Sequence record: OR493421.1
Length of the DNA: 64,000 nt
Reading direction: 5' to 3' (one strand)
Shown here: one piece after another, positions 56,312-64,000 of the stretch
How positions within the stretch are numbered: position 1 is the first letter of the stretch
How the letters are laid out: each line of letters starts with the position of its first letter
Translations under genes and position numbers: made by a program
Notes under the pieces: model-generated
Told to the model about the DNA's origin: nothing
Seen by the model: the letters and a program-made list of their open reading frames with translations, nothing else
The model's database searches: none

Positions 56312-57802
56312 ATGTTTAATCAATACGCAGATCGTCTCAATGGTTCTGAGAGCTATTTTCAGAATGACGACCGCCAATGGTTCGATAAGCTTTCTGGATT
56401 ACCGGTATTTGATCCCAGTGGGATTTTAAGCGGAGATCCGATGTTGGTCGAAGACGGGATGTACGACGCCGAACCCGAAGTCAAAATGTTCGAGGAGATT
56501 ACCCCCGACAAGGGAATCGAGAAACTCTTTCAAAAAACATTTGGGATATCTGGTTTTGAAGCTCTGCTACCCAATTACAATTTCAATACCGATCACGCGA
56601 TACTCGGTGTGTTTAACGCATTCGGACACGATTTAGAAATCGATAACCGTTGGGCCGATAGACTGACCCGGTACGTCATTGGGTTTACCACCAAGAACGA
56701 ACAGTACGTGGAATTCTTCGGAAATCCCTATTTAGGTATCCACCGAATCGTTTTCACATCAGAAGACAGAAACCGCTGGTTCGCTGAAATCTTCGATGTC
56801 GACGAAGAAGAGTTACGAGAAAACCTCCACGCCTGTAAACTGATCAATGCGACCTGGAAAGTTACCGGTGACGTGTTCAACCTGAGTATTGTTTATTTGT
56901 TATACCGGACGTTTCATAGCGATCTCCATGACCGCGTTAAACACAATGCGATGGTTAACATCTTAGCGATGTACCATTACAAATGTTTGACGAGTATTAT
57001 GGCGAACGATTATAAATACCTGGCGAAGAAAGAGATCGCTATGGAAACTTATAACCGTTTAAGCATGCGTTATGACATCAAACGTTACGGTAGTTGGATG
57101 GCGTTAATCCGAGCCAGGGCTGAGTTTATTTTAGATCCCAAAACGGGGATTCACTATAAAACGTTTACTACCATGGATGATGATAAGAAAATCATTTACA
57201 TGGTCGGTGATATCCAGGATCGACTCAGAGGCGTGATCAACGACATTAACAAAGTTTTCCATGAAGTGAAATCGAAAACCAATATCGTCAGATTGGACGG
57301 TGGGATGGTCACGCTGGAAGATGGAGTGAGTGTACGAGAGGTGACAAAGAACGTCACCCAGTATAAAAACTACATCCAAAACGTCCTCAGTTCTTCTGCA
57401 GGCTTTTACAAGGACGAGCTGGTAGGTTACGCTGCGGAAGCCATTGACAACTCTCCCAGAGATAAACTGGAGCGAATTATCCGGGTATTTCCCGATCAGT
57501 ATAACTCGCCCAAGGGAGCTAAGTACAGAGAGTTCGTCGACGAAGTTACCACCCACTTGTTCGAATACTTAACGGAAAACGGTATTCGGGCAAACGACCT
57601 GAGAGAAGTCTTACGTCGAATGCGGGGCGCGTACCTCAGTAGTCGTAGTCAAAACCAAAGTGTCTTTAAGATGCGAGATGAAGGCGATGACATTGTCAGA
57701 CAACTGACGGGGATAAAAACCCGAATTACAGTAAGTTCATTAAGAACGAGTCTGATGTTGTATATTGTTTTACGAACGCTGACTAAAGACGCCTACCGGT
57801 AA
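56312..57802 (+). CDS. conserved hypothetical helical protein
   Basis: 496-aa ORF with AGGAG RBS. Confidence 0.7.
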   Translation: MFNQYADRLNGSESYFQNDDRQWFDKLSGLPVFDPSGILSGDPMLVEDGMYDAEPEVKMFEEITPDKGIEKLFQKTFGISGFEALLPNYNFNTDHAILGVFNAFGHDLEIDNRWADRLTRYVIGFTTKNEQYVEFFGNPYLGIHRIVFTSEDRNRWFAEIFDVDEEELRENLHACKLINATWKVTGDVFNLSIVYLLYRTFHSDLHDRVKHNAMVNILAMYHYKCLTSIMANDYKYLAKKEIAMETYNRLSMRYDIKRYGSWMALIRARAEFILDPKTGIHYKTFTTMDDDKKIIYMVGDIQDRLRGVINDINKVFHEVKSKTNIVRLDGGMVTLEDGVSVREVTKNVTQYKNYIQNVLSSSAGFYKDELVGYAAEAIDNSPRDKLERIIRVFPDQYNSPKGAKYREFVDEVTTHLFEYLTENGIRANDLREVLRRMRGAYLSSRSQNQSVFKMRDEGDDIVRQLTGIKTRITVSSLRTSLMLYIVLRTLTKDAYR

Positions 57803-57818
57803 GAAAAAAAAAATAAGT

Positions 57819-57853
57819 TATACCCTCCTCCCCTTATCGGGGAGGAGGGTATA
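57819..57853. terminator. bidirectional terminator
   Basis: TATACCCTCCTCCCC-TTATC-GGGGAGGAGGGTATA. Confidence 0.8.
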
Positions 57854-57860
57854 GTTGGTT

Positions 57861-58352
57861 TTAACGGGTTTTCATAAATTCGATGTATTCTTGCGGACTA
57901 CCTTCGAATTTTACCACGTCGTAAGAAAGTATGAGTTTTTCAATAGTTGCGTGTTGAAGCCCCTCACTTTCTTTGACGTCGACATCACCGCGTTCGAGAA
58001 AATGGAGTTTCTCAGTTTCGTGATTATAAATTAATCCGAAGTGACAATGCCCCCTTCCATAGGCCTCCGCCCGGACATAATAAACGTGGCTTTTGTGATC
58101 TTCCGCTATACCCGAATAGTTTACCGTACATCCTGCGCTAATTATTTCTTCGGCCATCTTCACTTCCACTCTCTCTACTTTGAGCGAGAATGGTTCTAAA
58201 TATACTCCCGGTATTTCAGAGTTCGAAAGTTCACCGGGTGTTCTTCCCCATACGAGACTGAGGAGATCAAACCCTTCTTCTGTAGTTTTATCGGTATTGA
58301 AACCGGTACAAATAATTTTGCCGTAAAGAGAACCTTGACCTTTCTTATCCAT
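57861..58352 (-). CDS. hypothetical protein
   Basis: ORF track 57861-58457; GGAG RBS supports start 58352 (MDKKGQG). Confidence 0.6.
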   Translation of the reverse strand: MDKKGQGSLYGKIICTGFNTDKTTEEGFDLLSLVWGRTPGELSNSEIPGVYLEPFSLKVERVEVKMAEEIISAGCTVNYSGIAEDHKSHVYYVRAEAYGRGHCHFGLIYNHETEKLHFLERGDVDVKESEGLQHATIEKLILSYDVVKFEGSPQEYIEFMKTR

Positions 58353-58360
58353 GTTCACTC

Positions 58361-58867
58361 CTAACCCCGAAGGGTCTGCTCTAATTGTTGGAAATAACGA
58401 CGACGTTCTTCGGAGAAGAGATCTTTGAAATCTTGCAACGTCGGAGTACCGGTGCAATCACAAATACGTTGACCGTTAAGGTAGTAGGTACGAGTTCCTC
58501 GTTCCGAATCAACCTCGATCTGGTAGTCAAACCCGTTCAATGTCATCGCGACGATTTTAGCGTCACGTGCCTGAAGTTTGTCTTCCACTTGACAGATGTT
58601 GAAAACATGGTTATGCCATGGAATGAGATGAGCGTCTTCCGGGACGCGGTAGAATGTGAATTGGCGATTCCCCAGAGAAGCAAACGGTTCTTGATCGATA
58701 TCTAAACCGAGCTCCTCTGCTTCACAGAGCAGACGCTGCACGATAGCTTCGTTAACCGTTTTGATTTTACCGTCTCCGAAATCGGTTTCATTGACGAGGT
58801 TATTGTAGGCGCGTGCTTTGTCGATGACGCGTTGTTCTGTTTGACCGATAACTTTAATATTGTTCAT
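58361..58867 (-). CDS. hypothetical protein
   Basis: 168-aa ORF, AGGA RBS. Confidence 0.65.
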   Translation of the reverse strand: MNNIKVIGQTEQRVIDKARAYNNLVNETDFGDGKIKTVNEAIVQRLLCEAEELGLDIDQEPFASLGNRQFTFYRVPEDAHLIPWHNHVFNICQVEDKLQARDAKIVAMTLNGFDYQIEVDSERGTRTYYLNGQRICDCTGTPTLQDFKDLFSEERRRYFQQLEQTLRG

Positions 58868-59193
58868 AATGATTTTCCTAAAAGTAAAGTGAGTTCTCTC
58901 ATGGTGAGAGAGTTAGTGCAAACAACCCATTCCAGATTATTGAGTTGGTAGTAGCGTTCCCCGGTACCGAGGTTAACCCGGACAACTAAGAGAATTTTAT
59001 CGTTACCGACTTCCTCAGTAAAGAACACATCTCCTGGAAATGGATTGTTAACGGCCCTAAGCTCTGCGTTCTTGATTTTGATCTCTAAGTTGAAGAAACT
59101 CAATAACAGCAGAGATTTGTTTCCGGGTTCCCTTATGAACTTATCGACACTAGGGTATCGATGTATCGTAAAGGGTTGTGTAAAAGATCTCAT
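58864..59193 (-). CDS. hypothetical protein
   Basis: 109-aa ORF, ATGA coupling. Confidence 0.6.
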   Translation of the reverse strand: MRSFTQPFTIHRYPSVDKFIREPGNKSLLLLSFFNLEIKIKNAELRAVNNPFPGDVFFTEEVGNDKILLVVRVNLGTGERYYQLNNLEWVVCTNSLTMRELTLLLGKSL

Positions 59194-59627
59194 CGACCTT
59201 TCCTTAATTTATGGAATTTAGACCGCTTATGAAGATTGTGTTTATAAATCCGAAAGAGGAATTTCTTCAATCTTTTAATTTCGGGATCTTTATCGTTTCT
59301 TGCTTTATGACCCCTGATAACCCAAGAGTAAGGGAAAATCGCCACAGAATTTAATTTGATTTTAAGTTCTGAAACAGGGTTTTCCATTAAGCAGTTATTC
59401 CTGACACAGGTCAGACTGTAAAAGAAACTATTCTTTTCGGGCTCCTTGCCTTTCAGAATATCGGTGATGAGGGTGATTTCGTAATCTCCCGGAAGATAGG
59501 TTTTACGAAGTTCTTTAAGCCTGCTGAATAACTGGTCGTTGATGTCGATGAGTTGTTCTTTAGAACACCCTTCGAGTTGGATGGGGAGATAACCTGATTT
59601 ATAAGTGGTTTGTTCATTCATCGTCAA
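59190..59627 (-). CDS. hypothetical protein
   Basis: 145-aa ORF, coupled. Confidence 0.6.
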   Translation of the reverse strand: MTMNEQTTYKSGYLPIQLEGCSKEQLIDINDQLFSRLKELRKTYLPGDYEITLITDILKGKEPEKNSFFYSLTCVRNNCLMENPVSELKIKLNSVAIFPYSWVIRGHKARNDKDPEIKRLKKFLFRIYKHNLHKRSKFHKLRKGR

Positions 59628-59923
59628 TAACCTTTGATTTTAATAAACCTAAAAAGATTACGGTATTCCGTCAGGTCAACCGTACTCGGATCAGTTACCC
59701 CTGTTAACAGGGTCCGCTCCCCTACCCGGAAAGAATAAATAGGAATAGACCCATCATTAGGTTTTAGTCGACATACCGTAAAAATATTGCCGTGATAATC
59801 TTTGTAGCTAGCTTGGTTGTTTTCATCGTCCAAGCCGTTTAAGCACTCGTTAAAACCATATCTGATTATCTCGTAATACTTGTCGTGTATCCCGATTCCT
59901 GAACTTACTAATGGAATCTCCAT
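59624..59923 (-). CDS. hypothetical protein
   Basis: 99-aa ORF, GAGG RBS. Confidence 0.6.
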   Translation of the reverse strand: MEIPLVSSGIGIHDKYYEIIRYGFNECLNGLDDENNQASYKDYHGNIFTVCRLKPNDGSIPIYSFRVGERTLLTGVTDPSTVDLTEYRNLFRFIKIKGY

Positions 59924-59931
59924 GTCTAACC

Positions 59932-60858
59932 TCAGCTAATCATCAAAGTCGATTTAATCTTTTCTCTCGAACGTTTAAGTGCTAAACGTTCAGCCTTAGC
60001 CCGAGGGGTCTTATCGAAGATATGATATTTCTTCTTATGCAGCTCTTCTTTGTACCGAGCCCAGTTAAAACGCATCAGCATAAGACTGATTTCATCGAAG
60101 TGTGCTCTACGACGTTTGTGATGAATGCTGTGGAATTGGTGATGACGATAGAAGAACCATTTGTCGGTAACGTGTACCAACTTACCCATCCCGATGTTCT
60201 GAGAAGTAATCATCTCTTCGGGAGTCGGATAAGGTGAAGTCCGGTATAGCTCAGGGTTTGTTTTACGAGTACCCGGATATGCCTCTTCCAAATCAACATC
60301 AGGAATATATTTAAGCAAATCTTCTTTCTTAATGGGTTCTCCGGTTTCTGGATCTACTAAATTGATCCACGTGACACCAGAGGCGGGAGGGATGAGTTTT
60401 GGAGGCATTCCATTTACAACCCCAATTTCCTGAAATTCACTAATGTTATCAAACATACTGTCTAGCGTTTGGTCTATGTTCCTTTGGGCCAGGGCTTCCT
60501 TTACGATGCCCGCTGCCCGTTCTTCAGAACAATCAAACATCTCTGCTATCTTTTTGATCAGAAGTTCGATTCTTTGTTGTTGCGCATTACCGGGGTCCGA
60601 TGATTCTTCTGGCACAGGCGTGATTTCGACGGCCCGCAAGCCTTTAAAAAGATCTTCTCTTCTAAAAGCAGGAGAACTGTCCGACCGTAAGTCAGGGGTC
60701 CGACCCTGAGCATCTTTGGGGAGCTGATCGTTCGGTAAAGCGAGTTTAACCACACCCTTTTTATTTTCTTGATAATCGTCAACAAGATCAAACGGAGTTC
60801 TTAGCATATTTTCAGGCAAGCCTGATTTAGACAAAGATGGTTCTTTTTTCTTTTCCAT
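59932..60858 (-). CDS. hypothetical protein with basic His/Arg-rich C-terminus
   Basis: 308-aa ORF, GGAG RBS. Confidence 0.65.
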   Translation of the reverse strand: MEKKKEPSLSKSGLPENMLRTPFDLVDDYQENKKGVVKLALPNDQLPKDAQGRTPDLRSDSSPAFRREDLFKGLRAVEITPVPEESSDPGNAQQQRIELLIKKIAEMFDCSEERAAGIVKEALAQRNIDQTLDSMFDNISEFQEIGVVNGMPPKLIPPASGVTWINLVDPETGEPIKKEDLLKYIPDVDLEEAYPGTRKTNPELYRTSPYPTPEEMITSQNIGMGKLVHVTDKWFFYRHHQFHSIHHKRRRAHFDEISLMLMRFNWARYKEELHKKKYHIFDKTPRAKAERLALKRSREKIKSTLMIS

Positions 60859-60860
60859 TT

Positions 60861-61202
60861 TTATTCTCCGGAATTGTAACGAACGTAAGCTGGATCTGCG
60901 GGAATTTCAATCTCTTTAACCGAAGAATAAAATTTATCTGGTTGGCCCGTAATCCCCGCTTCTTTGATCATGGCGATTGCTTCTTCTTGATTATAAGCGA
61001 AAACCATACCCGGTTTAAGATTGTTGTAATAATCGAAGATAAAAAGTTTCATACTCGCCACTTTGTTTTCAGGTGTAGCGGAATTACTGTCGGTGTTATG
61101 AAATACCGATTTTTCAGGAGGGGTTGACGCCGATAAAGAATAAAACTCTCCTCGCTTCATTCCGCCTGTTATTTCGTTTAAAGTATTCTTGTGTTCAGCC
61201 AT
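60861..61202 (-). CDS. hypothetical protein with degenerate DnaB-like N-terminal segment
   Basis: 113 aa, AGGAG RBS; LNEITGGMKRGEFYSLSASTPPEKS. Confidence 0.6.
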   Translation of the reverse strand: MAEHKNTLNEITGGMKRGEFYSLSASTPPEKSVFHNTDSNSATPENKVASMKLFIFDYYNNLKPGMVFAYNQEEAIAMIKEAGITGQPDKFYSSVKEIEIPADPAYVRYNSGE

Positions 61203-61272
61203 GATACTAACTCCTAAATTAAAACGATTATAAATAAGTTATAGTGATAAAAATCTACAGGAGAAATTCACT

Positions 61273-61878
61273 ATGTACATTGTTCTCGAAGGCATGGACT
61301 TAGCGGGTAAGTCAACTTTAACCAAACAACTAACAGAGAGATTGAAGACCGATAATTACGACGTTCTTCAAGTGGAAGAACCGGCTAAGTCTCCGGACTC
61401 TTTGTTAACCATTCGTAATCTCATTATCGATAATGGGATTTGTGAAGAAGCAAAGCTTTATCTCGCTATTGCTCAGCGAATAGAGTTAGGGGATAAAGTT
61501 GTTGTTCCTGCTTTAAATCAAGGGAAGACGGTTATCTCCGATCGCTGTTTTATTTCTACTGCGGTTTATCAGGGTAATGGTCGAATAGGTCTTTACAGTG
61601 TTATAGAACGCAACGTAAAGGCTTTAAAAATATTCAACACCCAAATGTATCCTGATAAACTTATCTTTGTAAAAATCGATCACGATACGTTTTTACAAAG
61701 AGCGGGATCCAGATCAGTTTTAGATGATCAAGAAACCCGCCTTCTCAACCGAGAGTATTTTGAGCGATTCGTTCATCGTTACGAAAATGCTCTGTCTGCG
61801 GCTTGTTCTTTAATCAAAATTAAACCGTATTTTTACGACGGTGATTTTGAAGCGTTGGTGGATTACATTAAAAACTAA
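61273..61878 (+). CDS. tmk: thymidylate (dTMP) kinase
   Basis: EGMDLAGKST P-loop, EEP, ISDRC motifs. Confidence 0.93.
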   Translation: MYIVLEGMDLAGKSTLTKQLTERLKTDNYDVLQVEEPAKSPDSLLTIRNLIIDNGICEEAKLYLAIAQRIELGDKVVVPALNQGKTVISDRCFISTAVYQGNGRIGLYSVIERNVKALKIFNTQMYPDKLIFVKIDHDTFLQRAGSRSVLDDQETRLLNREYFERFVHRYENALSAACSLIKIKPYFYDGDFEALVDYIKN

Positions 61879-61886
61879 ATAAAAAC

Positions 61887-61920
61887 TATACCCCTACGGC
61901 GATTACGCCGTAGGGGTATA
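61887..61920. terminator. bidirectional terminator
   Basis: TATACCCCTACGGCG-ATTA-CGCCGTAGGGGTATA. Confidence 0.8.
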
Positions 61921-61923
61921 ATG

Positions 61924-62139
61924 TTAAATGTAATGCAGGCGACATTCCGTCGTGAGTGAATCGTTGGCGCAATTGGATCTGAGAACGAGAGTTCCCGTTT
62001 TGATATCGACTTCGAGATGACCTAAACGAGAATCGACCAACCCACCTCCGAGTAACACATCCTTTTCCTCGTTTACACAAGGAACGTTAGCGACCAGAGT
62101 ATCGTCGTGACGGATAAAGGTAACGTTGTATTTATTCAT
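61924..62139 (-). CDS. hypothetical protein
   Basis: 71-aa ORF, AGGAG RBS, TATATTAC upstream. Confidence 0.65.
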   Translation of the reverse strand: MNKYNVTFIRHDDTLVANVPCVNEEKDVLLGGGLVDSRLGHLEVDIKTGTLVLRSNCANDSLTTECRLHYI

Positions 62140-62180
62140 GATGTTAACTCCTAAAAAGTTTATACGAGGTTTACATCATG

Positions 62181-62197
62181 GTAATATAGACTTATAA
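62181..62197 (-). promoter_or_regulatory. early-type phage promoter (TATATTAC)
   Basis: minus TTATAAGTCTATATTAC matches the recalled phiKZ early promoter core. Confidence 0.6.
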
Positions 62198-62201
62198 AAA
62201 T

Positions 62202-64000
62202 TTACATATACGCGTAACGACTGCGTAACTTACGTGCTTCCAATACCCGACGACCTCTCTCTTCCTTGGCTTTCCTAACGATTTCATCGATGGTCAAACT
62301 CTTACGCTTATCCTGAGGGATCATGCTGCTGAGTTTGTCAATCATGTACTCTATCCTTTGAGCCACGGTATTGTCGGTGGTTTTAATGAGTCTGTCACTC
62401 AGTTCTTCAACTTTACGACGATAAAGTGCAACCATCGCTTCATTGTGCGCACTGTTGGTTTCCTCATTCTTATCGTCCCCAACACGCATTAAGCTGATTT
62501 TACTCAAACTAATGCCTGGAGGAATTCCGTATTCACTTTTATTGTTACCCAGTTTCAAGAACCAGAATCCTAACAACCAAGCGATAACTAGGTCATCGTG
62601 TTTATTAGCTTCGTGGTCTATTCTTCCCCCTTTCTCTTTGAGGTTAACCAGTTCGTCGATGAGTTTAGTATAGTAAATTTTATCTCCGGTAGTCCCTACC
62701 GCTTCTTGGATAAAACTATATACTTCGTCACGCGTTTTGGCGTTGGTAACGAACCCAAACAGATGTTTGAATCTCAGATAGAAGTGACTGTCTCTGTTAG
62801 CGAAATTACGTTGTTTGAACTCGATCATTTCTTTTTCGTACTTAACCGGATCTTGTATGATCTGATTAAAGATACGTTTAAAGGGATCGATCCCCAATGC
62901 AGGAAGACTAACGAGCAGTTGGTCGATCATGTGATGCGCGAAGTTACGCTCGATGATCAGTAAGCTGTTCTTAATCTCTAACAGGATCGTTTGTAGTACC
63001 TCACCAACGTCCATTAAGTAGGCTATCGGATAACGACCCACCCCAACGACTTTACCATCCATGACATCCCTTATCACTACTGTACAGGCATCTCGGTTTT
63101 GCGCAGCAGAGGTATCGCATCCAACGACGTAAAAGGTTTGACTATTCCCAGTAATGATTTGAGTATGTTCTTCCGGCGTAATAAACCAGTCGATAAACAA
63201 ACCCGTGCTCCCTACTTCCTGACTCCAGAGTATTCCTCGTTTACCCTCGTTTAACGCTTCTCGGGTTAAGTCGTCAAAAAGTTTACCTTTACTGGCGTCG
63301 TCCCACATTAACAGTAAGTCAATCTTCGCTTCGGCTAAACTTAACTTTAACTCGTCTATGGTTTTCTTAACCCAGTCTTTATTCCTACCCAACTGCAAGT
63401 AGTTGAAAACCATGCCTACGGTAGGACTGGTGATTCCCTCCACAGGACTCGCTTTAATCAAACGCTGGTAGAGATGACTCTCGTTAAAACTGTCGAAGAA
63501 CGTTTCTCGCCACTCGGTCGCATCCATCAACATGTTGTACATGTATTCGCCGCTTGCCGTCGTTTTACTCGCAGGTGTGGTAATGAATCCCGTCCCATAG
63601 GGTTCGCCTATTCTTCTGGCGTTAGCACGAGCCGTTAGCGTACTAGGGCCTGCACCGTTAAGTATCTCTTCCATGAAGTTGATATATGCCGGTTCGTCGA
63701 TCATACGCGTTTTGATAGTCAAACCACGACCAACGTTACGAGCGGCTTCTCTACCGATTTGCGGTACACTAATACGGAAGATGTTCTTCTTATCATCCCC
63801 AAACGCACTATAGGTTAACGAGTTACCGCTATCCTTATCTCGCCACCCCACGTTGGTTAAGTAACTCGGGATGTTGTTACGGATACCCTTTAACGCCTCT
63901 ACGAACTGACTACGGTTATCGTCTTTCAGGGTGATTAAGTGGGATTCGTAAGACTGCCCGGTTAAGTAAGTTAACCAGAACATAATGCTCTGGGCAGAAA
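62202..64000 (-). CDS. terL: terminase large subunit, 5'-truncated by window edge
   Basis: Walker B MIDEP, FITTPAS coupling motif, VGCDTS and HDDLVIAW nuclease motifs; frame open to the edge (SAQSI before MFW). Confidence 0.92.
   Translation of the reverse strand, partial: SAQSIMFWLTYLTGQSYESHLITLKDDNRSQFVEALKGIRNNIPSYLTNVGWRDKDSGNSLTYSAFGDDKKNIFRISVPQIGREAARNVGRGLTIKTRMIDEPAYINFMEEILNGAGPSTLTARANARRIGEPYGTGFITTPASKTTASGEYMYNMLMDATEWRETFFDSFNESHLYQRLIKASPVEGITSPTVGMVFNYLQLGRNKDWVKKTIDELKLSLAEAKIDLLLMWDDASKGKLFDDLTREALNEGKRGILWSQEVGSTGLFIDWFITPEEHTQIITGNSQTFYVVGCDTSAAQNRDACTVVIRDVMDGKVVGVGRYPIAYLMDVGEVLQTILLEIKNSLLIIERNFAHHMIDQLLVSLPALGIDPFKRIFNQIIQDPVKYEKEMIEFKQRNFANRDSHFYLRFKHLFGFVTNAKTRDEVYSFIQEAVGTTGDKIYYTKLIDELVNLKEKGGRIDHEANKHDDLVIAWLLGFWFLKLGNNKSEYGIPPGISLSKISLMRVGDDKNEETNSAHNEAMVALYRRKVEELSDRLIKTTDNTVAQRIEYMIDKLSSMIPQDKRKSLTIDEIVRKAKEERGRRVLEARKLRSRYAYM

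Noticed and set aside
1-64000. CRISPR array, tRNA cluster, transposase, integrase or reverse transcriptase
   Set aside because: No regularly spaced repeats, complete cloverleafs or corresponding protein motifs seen.

Overview
64-kb segment of a phiKZ/SPN3US-like nucleus-forming jumbo phage (Chimalliviridae-type); the codon usage of highly expressed genes looks enterobacterial, but the host cannot be assigned from sequence alone. Left to right: head/ejection-protein paralogues with G-x-E/A-x-E maturation motifs and baseplate-like genes; one half of the split family-B DNA polymerase; a virion RNAP beta' piece; an SF2 helicase; the non-virion RNAP cluster (beta', beta, gp68-like) with probable PicA and ChmC; an SbcD/Mre11 nuclease; the catalytic nvRNAP beta' next to chimallin (ChmA); the second polymerase half; PhuZ tubulin; about 3.3 kb of mostly non-coding DNA; small hypothetical genes, thymidylate kinase and the terminase large subunit (cut by the window edge). 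Enzyme calls rest on visible motifs; phiKZ gp-homologue calls rest on recalled synteny plus size, not on a database search. The main find is in the non-coding stretch: a canonical type I hammerhead ribozyme (minus strand, 53238-53310, with a loop II pseudoknot) whose cleavage would create the 5' end of a roughly 650-nt densely base-paired RNA of no family I recognise, followed by a 62-aa ORF, another structured block and a terminator just upstream of phuZ. Nearby is a symmetric origin-like element (AT core flanked by inverted, Z-DNA-prone CG/CA tracts and mirrored AAATCT/AGATTT motifs).
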